From the NCBI GenBank assembly GCA_049965155.1, contig JBMFWP010000002.1, positions 1 through 52,257 on the forward strand: a stretch of 52,257 bases of DNA, in the 5' to 3' direction. Below, one piece after another: positions 42,904-51,236 of the stretch. The translations under genes and the position numbers were made by a program. The DNA comes from Candidatus Micrarchaeia archaeon (GTDB taxonomy: Archaea > Micrarchaeota > Micrarchaeia > Micrarchaeales > Micrarchaeaceae). Below the pieces are notes generated by a model. That model searched no databases, was not told the DNA's origin, and saw only the letters and a list, made by a program, of their open reading frames with translations. Each line of letters starts with the position of its first letter. The first letter of the stretch is position 1.

Positions 42904-43956
42904 CTATAGGACAAAGACATTTTTTATCCGTGATTTTTCGTTTAGCATATCATAGGTCTTGAATGCGCTAACAGGGAACCTTGTTATCAGCTTCTCCAAT
43001 ATGCCTCCATACTTCTTCTCTATCTCTACCATGTCATTGACCCCCATCTCAAAGTGGGTCCTGTTGGAATTGACGCTGCCGAAGACTATCCTGTTGCCTA
43101 AAACCATATCATAGCCCAGCCTTGCGATATCGATGCTCTCTACTGATGTTCCTCCTGTAACGCTGAGAAGGCAACCAATACCATTTATACCCATCAGCCC
43201 AAGTGAATCCCTCACAGCATCGGGGTTCCCTGTAGCTTCAATGACTATGTCAATGCTCTTGCCTATTGTTTTAGGCAACGCTGCAATGCCTCCCTTCGAC
43301 GAATCTATGTGCTCTATGCCTAGGGCTTCAAATATATTATTTTTGATGCCACTTACACTGGACCTATCAACCGAAAAGACATCAATGCCCCTGAGCCGCA
43401 GCTGCATGGCGGCGAAAAGGCCTACAGACCCTGTACCTAAAACTACTGCTGTACGAGGCTCCCATATAATGCGTTTCTGGATCGCGAATATCTGTGTTAT
43501 CGCCTTCTCGGTTATGCTGAACGGCTCGAGCATCACCGCAACCCTCTTTATTACATCAGGTATCTTTACTAAGAAGTCAGGCACTTCCTTATAATATTCT
43601 GTCATATATCCATGTGCGCCCTTGATGCCTCTCTCAGTATAGTTGCCAGTAAGGCACATATCTGATTGGCCATTGATGCAGTTTATGCAGCCGTCTGGCC
43701 TCCTCACTGTGGCAACTACAATGTCATCTTTCTTAAAGCCTTTCACATTGCTTCCAACTTCTTCAACTACCCCTATAGCCTCATGCCCTACTATGAGGTA
43801 TTCGCTGCCTGCCGGTGCCTCTCCGTACAGGCCCTCCCCAATTTCCTTATCCGTGCCGTCCATGCCTACCTCTATCACTTTCACGAGCACTTCATTGCTT
43901 CCGATTGCTGGCTTATCCACCTCCCTGACCATCAAGCTGCCCTTCACTTTCGGCAC
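42904..43956 (-). CDS. Medium-chain (Zn) dehydrogenase, glucose 1-dehydrogenase-like
   Basis: 350 aa. ..VLVKVIEVGMDGTDKEIGEG...LIVGHEAIGVVEEVG.. and nucleotide fold VVLGTGSVGLFAA. The usual GxCGTD Cys is an Asp here (GMDGTD). I recall the same substitution from haloarchaeal glucose dehydrogenase. Confidence 0.75.
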   Translation of the reverse strand: MPKVKGSLMVREVDKPAIGSNEVLVKVIEVGMDGTDKEIGEGLYGEAPAGSEYLIVGHEAIGVVEEVGSNVKGFKKDDIVVATVRRPDGCINCINGQSDMCLTGNYTERGIKGAHGYMTEYYKEVPDFLVKIPDVIKRVAVMLEPFSITEKAITQIFAIQKRIIWEPRTAVVLGTGSVGLFAAMQLRLRGIDVFSVDRSSVSGIKNNIFEALGIEHIDSSKGGIAALPKTIGKSIDIVIEATGNPDAVRDSLGLMGINGIGCLLSVTGGTSVESIDIARLGYDMVLGNRIVFGSVNSNRTHFEMGVNDMVEIEKKYGGILEKLITRFPVSAFKTYDMLNEKSRIKNVFVL

Positions 43957-43978
43957 TACGGTAACTGCTTTGATATAA

Positions 43979-44596
43979 TCACCTAATCAATATCGCCCTC
44001 GCTGGAGCCCCGTCGCATTTGATTTTGAGCGGCAGGCCTACAAATGTGTATTCTCCTGCAGGAACCCCTTTTAGGTATATTCCTTCAAAGAGCGTCATAT
44101 TATCTATGGTGACCTCGTGTACTATATCATCGGTATTAAACTTTTTAATGCTGAGATAGTCTATTCCAAGTGTCTTTACTCCCTTAGAAACTAAGTACCT
44201 AGCTCCATCCTCTGACAAGTGTGCAAAATCCTTCCTAAACTTTCTGTACTGTTTCAGAGAGTTATTGGTCTTGAGCAGTATTATATCTCCCTTCCTTATA
44301 TCGAATCTTCTCAGCTCCGATGCCCCTATTATATTGCCTTTTTTGGTTAGGTCAAGGACCTTGCACCTGCCATAGAAAGTATCCAAAGGCAGTTTGTCGG
44401 CTGTTTTCCCCCCGGTTTTTATATGCCTTTCGGCATCTGCATGTGTCCCAGTATGGCTGCCCATGTGTATCAGGGAAACGTTAGTGGGGCTCTTAGGTAT
44501 GCTTGAATGCCTATAGATATGCAGCTCGGGATCCCCAGGATATACCATCATGCCTTCTTCTATTGTCATAGATATGTCATATATCTTCATGTGCAC
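43979..44596 (-). CDS. Cyclase-family metal-dependent hydrolase (kynurenine formamidase / PF04199-like)
   Basis: 205 aa. ..HMGSHTGTHADAERH.. (consensus HxGTHxDAPxH) and ..GIDYLSI... It lies 22 nt upstream of, and co-oriented with, the glucose-dehydrogenase-like gene. Confidence 0.8.
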   Translation of the reverse strand: MHMKIYDISMTIEEGMMVYPGDPELHIYRHSSIPKSPTNVSLIHMGSHTGTHADAERHIKTGGKTADKLPLDTFYGRCKVLDLTKKGNIIGASELRRFDIRKGDIILLKTNNSLKQYRKFRKDFAHLSEDGARYLVSKGVKTLGIDYLSIKKFNTDDIVHEVTIDNMTLFEGIYLKGVPAGEYTFVGLPLKIKCDGAPARAILIR

Positions 44597-44667
44597 CGAG
44601 CAGTATATATTCTTTAAATGTTAAATAATGATTCTGTCAAAGATAATACAGAGATAAAGGGATTTGA

Positions 44668-46428
44668 TTGGGCCTTGATTACGGGATAATAGGGAACTGC
44701 AGGACAGCCGCGCTTGTCAAGAGTGATACATCAATAGATTGGCTGTGCTTCCCGCGCTTTGATTCACCCTCAATATTTTCAAAGATACTAGATATAGACA
44801 AAGGTGGCAGCTTTAAGGTATTCCCTGTTGGCGAATATAGCATAAGGCAGTCGTACATAGAGAACACCAATGTTATCAAGACTACTTTCTATAACAGTGA
44901 ATCAGAGTTTGATGTCATAGACTATTTCCCTTATTACAGGAAGAGCAGCATTACGCTAAGGAACTCAGAGATACACAGGGTCATAGTGCGCAGGCGTGGC
45001 AAGCCGATAATAAAAGTGCTGATAGACCCTAAGATGGAATACAACAAATATGCGCCTAGCCGGCAGATTGAGACAGACAAGCTAGTATTCTCATACAAAA
45101 ACACCAAATTGTACCTGTATTCTAACCTTGGCCTGAAGGAGCTGCATGACGGCAACGAGATTGCACTTCCGGAAAAGGGATACATCTTGCTTGCATATAA
45201 CAAGCTCAAGTATTCTACGGACATCAAATACATAATGCAGGAGATGGAAAATACGGTAGAATATTGGAGATCATGGTCAAAGGGGATCAAAGGCGGCAGA
45301 AAGTACCGGCAGCTGAAGGTCCGCTCTGCATTGACACTGCGCCTACTGACATACGAGGACACCGGGGCCATAGTGGCCGCGAGCACTACTTCAATTCCAG
45401 AGGTGAAAGGCTCTGTCAGGAACTGGGACTACCGCTACTCATGGGTACGCGATTCATCTTTCACGGTGCAGGCGCTGATTAAGCTAGGCCTCATAGGGCC
45501 TGCATACAGCTTCATAAAATGGCTTAACATGATATACGCAGAGCATGGGGTAAGCCTACAGGCGCTGTTCAAGGTCAATGGCGGAGATTATATCGGTGAG
45601 TATACACTGGCAGATATGGCAGGCTACGAAGGCTCAAAGCCTATACGCATAGGCAATGAAGCTTACAAGCAGCGCCAGATAGACATAATCGGCGAGTTGG
45701 TCAACTCCCTTTACCTGTTCTATTTGAAGCAAAATGCCAGCCCTGAAATCAGCGAGATAAGCTGGGATCTGATATTCGGATTTGTCGAGACAGCAATCAC
45801 TGAATGGAAAGAGAAAGACCATAGCATATGGGAGTTCAGGGGCACCAACAGGCATTATACATTTTCCAAGGTCATGTGCTGGGTAGCTGTAGACAGAGGC
45901 ATAAAGATCGCCAAGAAGCTAGGTCATACGGATGTAATAGAAAGGTGGTCCAAAGCAAGGGAAGAGATTAAATTGAGCGTGATTAAGCATGGCTGGAACA
46001 GCAAGGTGCAGGCTTTCACACAGTACTACGGCTCGACCAGCCTAGACGCCAGCTTATTGCTCATGCCAGCATTCGGCATAATAAGCTGGAGAGATAAGAA
46101 GATGATAAGTACGATAGAGGCGATAAGAAAGGGGCTTGTGAACGGGCCTTTTGTGATGCGCTATAAGAGCAAAGACGAATTCGGCACTCCAAAAAGTGCT
46201 TTCATAGCGTGCTCATTCTGGTTCATCGATGCCCTTTACCATACCGGAAAAAGAAAAGAGGCTTTAAATATGTTCAAGCAAATAATATTATTTCAAAACC
46301 ATATGGGCCTGTTTTCAGAGGATATTGATATGGAGAACAACGAGCTACTCGGCAATTTCCCACAGGCGTATTCACATATAGCATTGATAAATACTGTTAC
46401 TACCCTATTTGGAGAAGGCAAAACATGA
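44668..46428 (+). CDS. Glycoside hydrolase family 15 (glucoamylase/trehalase-type)
   Basis: 586 aa, TTG start. N-terminus ..DYGIIGNCRTAALVKSDTSIDWLCFPRFDSPSIFSKIL.. and catalytic-domain blocks ..NWDYRYSWVRDSSF.. and ..WEFRG.. and ..GNFPQAYSHIALI.. Confidence 0.9.
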   Translation: MGLDYGIIGNCRTAALVKSDTSIDWLCFPRFDSPSIFSKILDIDKGGSFKVFPVGEYSIRQSYIENTNVIKTTFYNSESEFDVIDYFPYYRKSSITLRNSEIHRVIVRRRGKPIIKVLIDPKMEYNKYAPSRQIETDKLVFSYKNTKLYLYSNLGLKELHDGNEIALPEKGYILLAYNKLKYSTDIKYIMQEMENTVEYWRSWSKGIKGGRKYRQLKVRSALTLRLLTYEDTGAIVAASTTSIPEVKGSVRNWDYRYSWVRDSSFTVQALIKLGLIGPAYSFIKWLNMIYAEHGVSLQALFKVNGGDYIGEYTLADMAGYEGSKPIRIGNEAYKQRQIDIIGELVNSLYLFYLKQNASPEISEISWDLIFGFVETAITEWKEKDHSIWEFRGTNRHYTFSKVMCWVAVDRGIKIAKKLGHTDVIERWSKAREEIKLSVIKHGWNSKVQAFTQYYGSTSLDASLLLMPAFGIISWRDKKMISTIEAIRKGLVNGPFVMRYKSKDEFGTPKSAFIACSFWFIDALYHTGKRKEALNMFKQIILFQNHMGLFSEDIDMENNELLGNFPQAYSHIALINTVTTLFGEGKT

Positions 46429-47366
46429 TAAACCTGTATAACCCGCAGAATGTCGGGCTTATAAGCGCTCTTGTGATATCATACCTACTTGGATTAGTGC
46501 ACGGCATCACCCCAGACGAGCATACATGGCCAATAACTTTCTCATACGCCATAGGCAGCTATAGCGTCAAGGGAGGGGCAAAGGCAGGGCTAGTATTTTC
46601 GAGCGGCTTCACGCTGCAGAGGTCCATACTATCGGAGATAGCATATCTTGCGCTAGCTGGCGTATTCATGACTAGCGTTGCGTTCGGGATCACATACATA
46701 GCAGTCGGCGCTGCAATGTTCGGTGCAGGAGTTTACATAAAGAACAAAAAGATGTATCCTCATTGGCACTGGTTGGAGGAGAAGCTGTCATATATAACAG
46801 GAATACACAAGCCTAGAGACAAGATCCAGAAGAGAGAGATGGAGCACAAGCTCAATCCTGTGATGGAAGAGGGGAAGGACCTTAAGCCGGTCCCCTCGAA
46901 GCTTGCTTTTGCGCACGGAGTAATAGCGGGCTTTGGATTCGGCGCATTTGCGCTTATAATATACACAGTTATAGCACCGGTGATGCCAAACATATGGTTT
47001 GGCTGGGTTCCGGGCTTCCTGTTCGGCATTGGCACAATGACCATGCAAGTAATCTTCGGCAGCATATTTGGGGCATGGCTTACAAAAGTTAAGAAACTTA
47101 CTATAAAAGGCATGCAATACATAGCAAGATACATAAGCTCAAATGTGCTGTACTATGGAGGCATAGCATTCGCTGTCGCTGGGGCTTTGATACTCAAATT
47201 CCCGCAGATACTTACATACGGCGTAATAACGCCAATAAAGGTGCACAACCTGCATGACCTCGGCGTAGGCTTCTTCATAGTAATATTTGTAGTGGTCGTG
47301 ATAGGGATAGTATCATATATAGAAGGGATGAAAAAGGTCGAAAAGCTAGGGTATACTAAATCATAG
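46425..47366 (+). CDS. Polytopic membrane protein, possible NicO/RcnA-like metal-ion transporter
   Basis: 313 aa, about 8 TM in two halves. TM1 carries LGLVHGITPDEHTW (H-x4-D-x-H, reminiscent of NiCoT/RcnA signatures). The central loop is His-rich (YPHWHWLEE...HKPRDKIQKREMEHK), and the second half starts with AFAHGVIAGFGFG. ATGA overlap with the GH15 stop. Confidence 0.5.
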   Translation: MINLYNPQNVGLISALVISYLLGLVHGITPDEHTWPITFSYAIGSYSVKGGAKAGLVFSSGFTLQRSILSEIAYLALAGVFMTSVAFGITYIAVGAAMFGAGVYIKNKKMYPHWHWLEEKLSYITGIHKPRDKIQKREMEHKLNPVMEEGKDLKPVPSKLAFAHGVIAGFGFGAFALIIYTVIAPVMPNIWFGWVPGFLFGIGTMTMQVIFGSIFGAWLTKVKKLTIKGMQYIARYISSNVLYYGGIAFAVAGALILKFPQILTYGVITPIKVHNLHDLGVGFFIVIFVVVVIGIVSYIEGMKKVEKLGYTKS

Positions 47367-47372
47367 TGTTGT

Positions 47373-47897
47373 GTGGTATTAGTGGAAGGGCATAATTTCA
47401 ATTTTGAAGCAATGGAAGGCATGCGCAATGCATCCTTCAACGAGGATGAGATAATGGGATTTCTCAGAGTCAAGGAGCGCATGAGCGTACTGGATTTGGG
47501 TGCTGGAGATGGCTTTTTTGCCAAGATGTTTATAAGGAGGGGTGCAGAAGTTACGGCTGTCGATGAGAACAGCAAGTATTTTGAAGATATGGATGAGCTT
47601 GGGATAAAAACAAAAAAGGGCGATATATGTACATTCAATGATGGGAAATATGATTTGGTGTTCATGGCTAATGTTTTGCATGACCTCGATTGTCATGCCA
47701 CCCTCCCTAAAAGCATATCAAAGATGACTAAAGGCGAATTGGCAATACTTGAGTTCAAGGTCGATACGCCATTCGGCCCTCCATCAAATATACGGTTGAG
47801 CCCTGAAGATGTAGAGGGCATTTTCAAGCCTGCGGGCTTCAAATTGGTTAAGCAGAAGGAATTCAAATATCATTACATAATGCTATTTAGCAAGTAA
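47373..47897 (+). CDS. Class I SAM-dependent methyltransferase
   Basis: 174 aa. Motif I VLDLGAGDGFFAKMF, motif II-like AEVTAVDEN, and ..YDLVFMANVLHDL.. Confidence 0.75.
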   Translation: MVLVEGHNFNFEAMEGMRNASFNEDEIMGFLRVKERMSVLDLGAGDGFFAKMFIRRGAEVTAVDENSKYFEDMDELGIKTKKGDICTFNDGKYDLVFMANVLHDLDCHATLPKSISKMTKGELAILEFKVDTPFGPPSNIRLSPEDVEGIFKPAGFKLVKQKEFKYHYIMLFSK

Positions 47898-47903
47898 ATA
47901 CAC

Positions 47904-48410
47904 TCAACTGGGCTGGTTATCATTGTCATCTGGTCGGATTTCTGTCTCCTCAGATATTGTTTCGGTTGCATTAGCCAAGGACGCTTTTCTACCTCCCCTT
48001 TTCGTTTGCCTGCCGGTGCGTGCATTGGCAAACTCTATGCCTAAGTCCTCATCAGTCTTGCTTCCCATCCATTCCTTTATGTACGTCGCTATGTTCTTGA
48101 AAGGTCTTGTGTACCTGTCAGTAAGCATATAGTAGTTGTCCTCGTGCTTAAGAAGACCCACCTGCACCGCGTAATCGAGATACCTCTTTGCCGTAGCTAT
48201 AGGTATGTCTTTAGGTACATCCCGTAGCCTGAGCTGACCTTTCCTTTTCGTTTCTAGCAGCAACGCCGAAAACCTATACGCTTCGGTTTCGCTTTCGAAA
48301 AAAACTTTTGCTATATCCTTAACGCTCGGGTTCTTAAGCTTCTCCCTGAGCGGCGCATCCTCAAATTCCCAGTACTTTATGGACATTGCATCAACAATAG
48401 TATTAGCCAA
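47904..48410 (-). CDS. Hypothetical protein, possible winged-helix DNA-binding domain with a charged disordered tail
   Basis: 168 aa (TTG start; ATG alternative MSIKYWEF at 48386). ..IPIATAKRYLDYAVQVGLLKHEDNYYMLTD.. looks like a recognition helix plus wing. The tail is ..RTGRQTKRGGRKAS...EIRPDDNDNQPS. No family is recognised. Confidence 0.45.
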   Translation of the reverse strand: MANTIVDAMSIKYWEFEDAPLREKLKNPSVKDIAKVFFESETEAYRFSALLLETKRKGQLRLRDVPKDIPIATAKRYLDYAVQVGLLKHEDNYYMLTDRYTRPFKNIATYIKEWMGSKTDEDLGIEFANARTGRQTKRGGRKASLANATETISEETEIRPDDNDNQPS

Positions 48411-48415
48411 GAAAT

Positions 48416-49519
48416 CTATTTATTCTTGATGAATGTCAGCACGTCTCCTTCTTCAAGGATATGGTTGACTCCGACCCTCTGGTTCTTGAACTTGACGCTT
48501 CCGCCTTCAACGTATGCAGATTTGAGCTCGTCAGCTATGTCTGTATGGAGCTTTTTTGCTGCATCGCCTACTGTCGACCCTCTCTTTAATATGAGCGGCT
48601 CAACCTCTGCCTTGTCAAGCCTATGCTTCAGGTATACTGTGATTATGCCCAAGTTATTGTATATGCCATCTATAAGCGAATCAACATTCCGCTTGTTTAT
48701 CATGCTTACCGGGAACACCTCTATAGCATACCGTGACCGTATTTTTTCCGCTATGCCCTCGTAATCCGGCACAAGGTCTATCTTGTTCAGTGCTACTATG
48801 GCCTTTATGTATATCGACCTACCTGCGAGCAGGCTTATCAGTTCATCCTCATCTATCCTGCTCCTTATCCTTACTATTGAATTTGCCATGCCTAAGCCGA
48901 AGAAAATCACCTGCAGTTCCCTGTATGTCAGCGTTGATTTGTTTACTTCTATGCGCAACCCCTGGCCTTTTGAGTCGAGTGCCAGCACGTCTGGCCTCTC
49001 CACATTCACATATATATTCAGCGCCCTGAATTCGTCCATCAGCTTGTCGAGCTGCGCCGGGCTTGTCGCGTCTATGACGAATACTATGAGGTCCGATATC
49101 CTTGCAGCCGATATTACTGATCTCCCTCCACCTACACCCAGGTGTGCATTCTCTATAAGTCCAGGAAGGTCAAAGACCTGGATGTGCGCATGGTTGTGTA
49201 TGAGCATTCCAGGAACTATCTCAGTAGTAGTAAATGCATAGCTTGCCGTCTTTGATTTTACATTGGATATTGCATTAATGAGAGTGCTCTTCCCGGCGCT
49301 TGGGAATCCAATCAGTGCAACCGTAACATCTCCAGCTTTCTTGACGAAAAAGCCCTTGCCCTTCTTGCCCTTGCTGCCTTCTATAATGTCCCTTTTTGTC
49401 CTTGCGATCTTTGCGCGCAGTATACCAAGGTGCTTGTTTGTAGCCTTATTGTACTTGGTATTTGAATACTCTTTCTCCAACTCTTCGAGCTTATCCTTGA
49501 GCCCTTCCACCTTCTCCAT
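48416..49519 (-). CDS. DRG/OBG-family GTP-binding protein with a C-terminal TGS domain
   Basis: 367 aa. G1 GFPSAGKST, G3 DLPGLI, and an NKID-type G4 (ALNKIDL). The C-terminal region ..STVGDAAKKLHTDIADELKSAYV....VGVNHILEEGDVLTF is TGS-like. Confidence 0.9.
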   Translation of the reverse strand: MEKVEGLKDKLEELEKEYSNTKYNKATNKHLGILRAKIARTKRDIIEGSKGKKGKGFFVKKAGDVTVALIGFPSAGKSTLINAISNVKSKTASYAFTTTEIVPGMLIHNHAHIQVFDLPGLIENAHLGVGGGRSVISAARISDLIVFVIDATSPAQLDKLMDEFRALNIYVNVERPDVLALDSKGQGLRIEVNKSTLTYRELQVIFFGLGMANSIVRIRSRIDEDELISLLAGRSIYIKAIVALNKIDLVPDYEGIAEKIRSRYAIEVFPVSMINKRNVDSLIDGIYNNLGIITVYLKHRLDKAEVEPLILKRGSTVGDAAKKLHTDIADELKSAYVEGGSVKFKNQRVGVNHILEEGDVLTFIKNK

Positions 49520-49607
49520 AAAAACCAGATCTCTATTTATGGATGTATACGCAGATACATCAAAGTAGAAACACTTTTACTACTCTTATCGATAAAATAG
49601 TATACGC

Positions 49608-49618
49608 TTAAATATATT
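49608..49618 (+). promoter_or_regulatory. Candidate TATA box for the 25-codon micro-ORF
   Basis: ttaaatatatt is centred about 47 nt upstream of ATG 49660. This would give a ~20-nt leader containing GTGA (SD-like). Confidence 0.3.
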
Positions 49619-49659
49619 AACAGTTAACCTTAAAAATGTTACAACAAAGTGTGAATAAA

Positions 49660-49737
49660 ATGGCAGCAAAGAAACGTGCCGCTAAGAAGGCAAAGAAGTC
49701 TAGCGGCAAGAAAAAGGGAAAGAGTAAGAAGAGGTAA
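49660..49737 (+). CDS. Candidate micro-protein, 25 aa, Lys-rich (MAAKKRAAKKAKKSSGKKKGKSKKR)
   Basis: Too short for the ORF track; found by hand. An ATG is preceded by gtgaataaa (SD-like GTGA), with a TATA-like element upstream and two tandem ttctgatttttta units directly downstream. It occupies an otherwise unexplained 300-nt gap between DRG and SRP54. Confidence 0.35.
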   Translation: MAAKKRAAKKAKKSSGKKKGKSKKR

Positions 49738-49751
49738 TTGAGGCGGTTGTT

Positions 49752-49800
49752 ACCGTTTCTGATTTTTTATTTTTTTCTGATTTTTTATTATATTTTTGTT
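49752..49800 (+). terminator. Tandem oligo-T terminator-like repeats
   Basis: ttctgatttttta occurs at 49757-49769 and again at 49775-49787 (18-nt period), followed by tatatttttgtttt. The T6-T7 runs are typical archaeal termination signals. Confidence 0.4.
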
Positions 49801-49825
49801 TTGGTGCATGCTCAGTGCGTCTTTT

Positions 49826-51124
49826 CTATTTCATAAATTTTGCAAACTTCTTCTTGAAATTCCTGTCGTTCTTCATGCTGTTAAACATCTTCTTCATCTT
49901 ATTGAAATCGGCCAGGAACTGGTGGACATCTCGCTCAGTAGTTCCGCTTCCCATTGCTACTCTCTTTATCCTATTGGGGTTGTGCATCAGTTTCTCGTCG
50001 GTCCTCTCCTCTTTGGTCATTGAGCCTATTATGACCTTGTACTTGTTCAGCTTCTCCTCACCCTGATTTACCAACTCTTTAGGCACATCTGCGGCGCCGA
50101 GCATGCTGAAAACATTCTTCAATGGGCCCATCTTGTTGAGCGCCTTCAGCTGGTTGTAAAAAGTCTCAAAGTTCAGGTTTTCCATATCTACGTCTTCTGG
50201 TTTTATTGCAGCCTCCTTTATCGCCTGGTTCACGCCGTCCACGAGCGAGAGTATATCTGGTATGCCTAATAGCCTGCCTATGAACTTGCCGGGATCATAA
50301 GGTTCAATGTTTCCGAGCTTTTCTCCAGTGCCTATAAACATTACCTTGACTTTTGCTGCATTGGCTGCGCTCAGCGCTCCGCCCCCTTTTCCAGATCCAT
50401 CCATCTTAGTTACTATTATTCCAGTCAGCTTTATTGCCTCGTCAAATTTCTCAGCTTGCTGCTTTGCTACATGCCCTATATCCGCATTTATGACCAGGAC
50501 CTTCTCATCTGGGCTGAATGCGTGGTTTATGGCCTTCAATTCATCTACTAGCTCATCATCTAATGCGCTCCTTCCACTAGTGTCGCATATAATGACCTTC
50601 CGGTCTGCATGAGCCTGAAGCGCCCCCTTTACTATTTTAGTGGGATCTTTTTCTCCCTTGATCCCGAAGAATCCTACATTCGCCTGCTTTGCGAGAGTCT
50701 CGAGCTGCTCGTATGCAGCTGGCCTGGAAACGTCACAGCATATCACTGCTGCGCTGAGGCCTCTGTCCTGGTAGAATTTCGCGAGCTTCGCTGCTGTGGT
50801 CGTCTTTCCAGAGCCGTATAAGCCTGCAAGCAGTATTCTCTTAGGCTTAAGCTCTGGGCTGTATACACTGCCTACAAGCGCTACAAGCCCCTCATAAACA
50901 AGATTGGTTATATAGTCGCTTGGCGCAACACCCTCAGGAGGCTTGCTCTTCAGCGCCTTTTCCTCTATCTCATGCGTGAAGTCAAATACAAGCTGCACGT
51001 CGATGTCAGCGCCTAGCAAAGATTTTTGTAGCTCCTTATTAAACTCTTTAATCGTCTTGGCATCTATTATGGTTGCCCGTGTGAGCTTTGCCATCGCCTG
51101 CCTGAGACCTTCGCCTAAATCCAT
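49826..51124 (-). CDS. srp54: Signal recognition particle protein SRP54
   Basis: 432 aa. N and G domains with GLYGSGKTTTAAKLA, DTSGR and TKMDG. The Met-rich M domain contains ..GPLKNVFSMLG.. and ..RVAMGSGT.. Confidence 0.95.
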   Translation of the reverse strand: MDLGEGLRQAMAKLTRATIIDAKTIKEFNKELQKSLLGADIDVQLVFDFTHEIEEKALKSKPPEGVAPSDYITNLVYEGLVALVGSVYSPELKPKRILLAGLYGSGKTTTAAKLAKFYQDRGLSAAVICCDVSRPAAYEQLETLAKQANVGFFGIKGEKDPTKIVKGALQAHADRKVIICDTSGRSALDDELVDELKAINHAFSPDEKVLVINADIGHVAKQQAEKFDEAIKLTGIIVTKMDGSGKGGGALSAANAAKVKVMFIGTGEKLGNIEPYDPGKFIGRLLGIPDILSLVDGVNQAIKEAAIKPEDVDMENLNFETFYNQLKALNKMGPLKNVFSMLGAADVPKELVNQGEEKLNKYKVIIGSMTKEERTDEKLMHNPNRIKRVAMGSGTTERDVHQFLADFNKMKKMFNSMKNDRNFKKKFAKFMK

Positions 51125-51236
51125 AAATACACCTAAAAATCACATAAGAGACCAATAGATAGGCATTGCTAAGCCATATATACTCTATACCTAATAAAAT
51201 ATTAATACAAGCCTAAATAATAAATGGGAGAAGCAT

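Noticed and set aside
49757-49787. Tandem 13-nt ttctgatttttta units and the duplicated aatctttttct at 18630-18655, considered as a mini CRISPR or satellite repeat.
   Set aside because: There are only two copies of each, T-rich, directly after stop codons. They are best explained as oligo-T termination signals.
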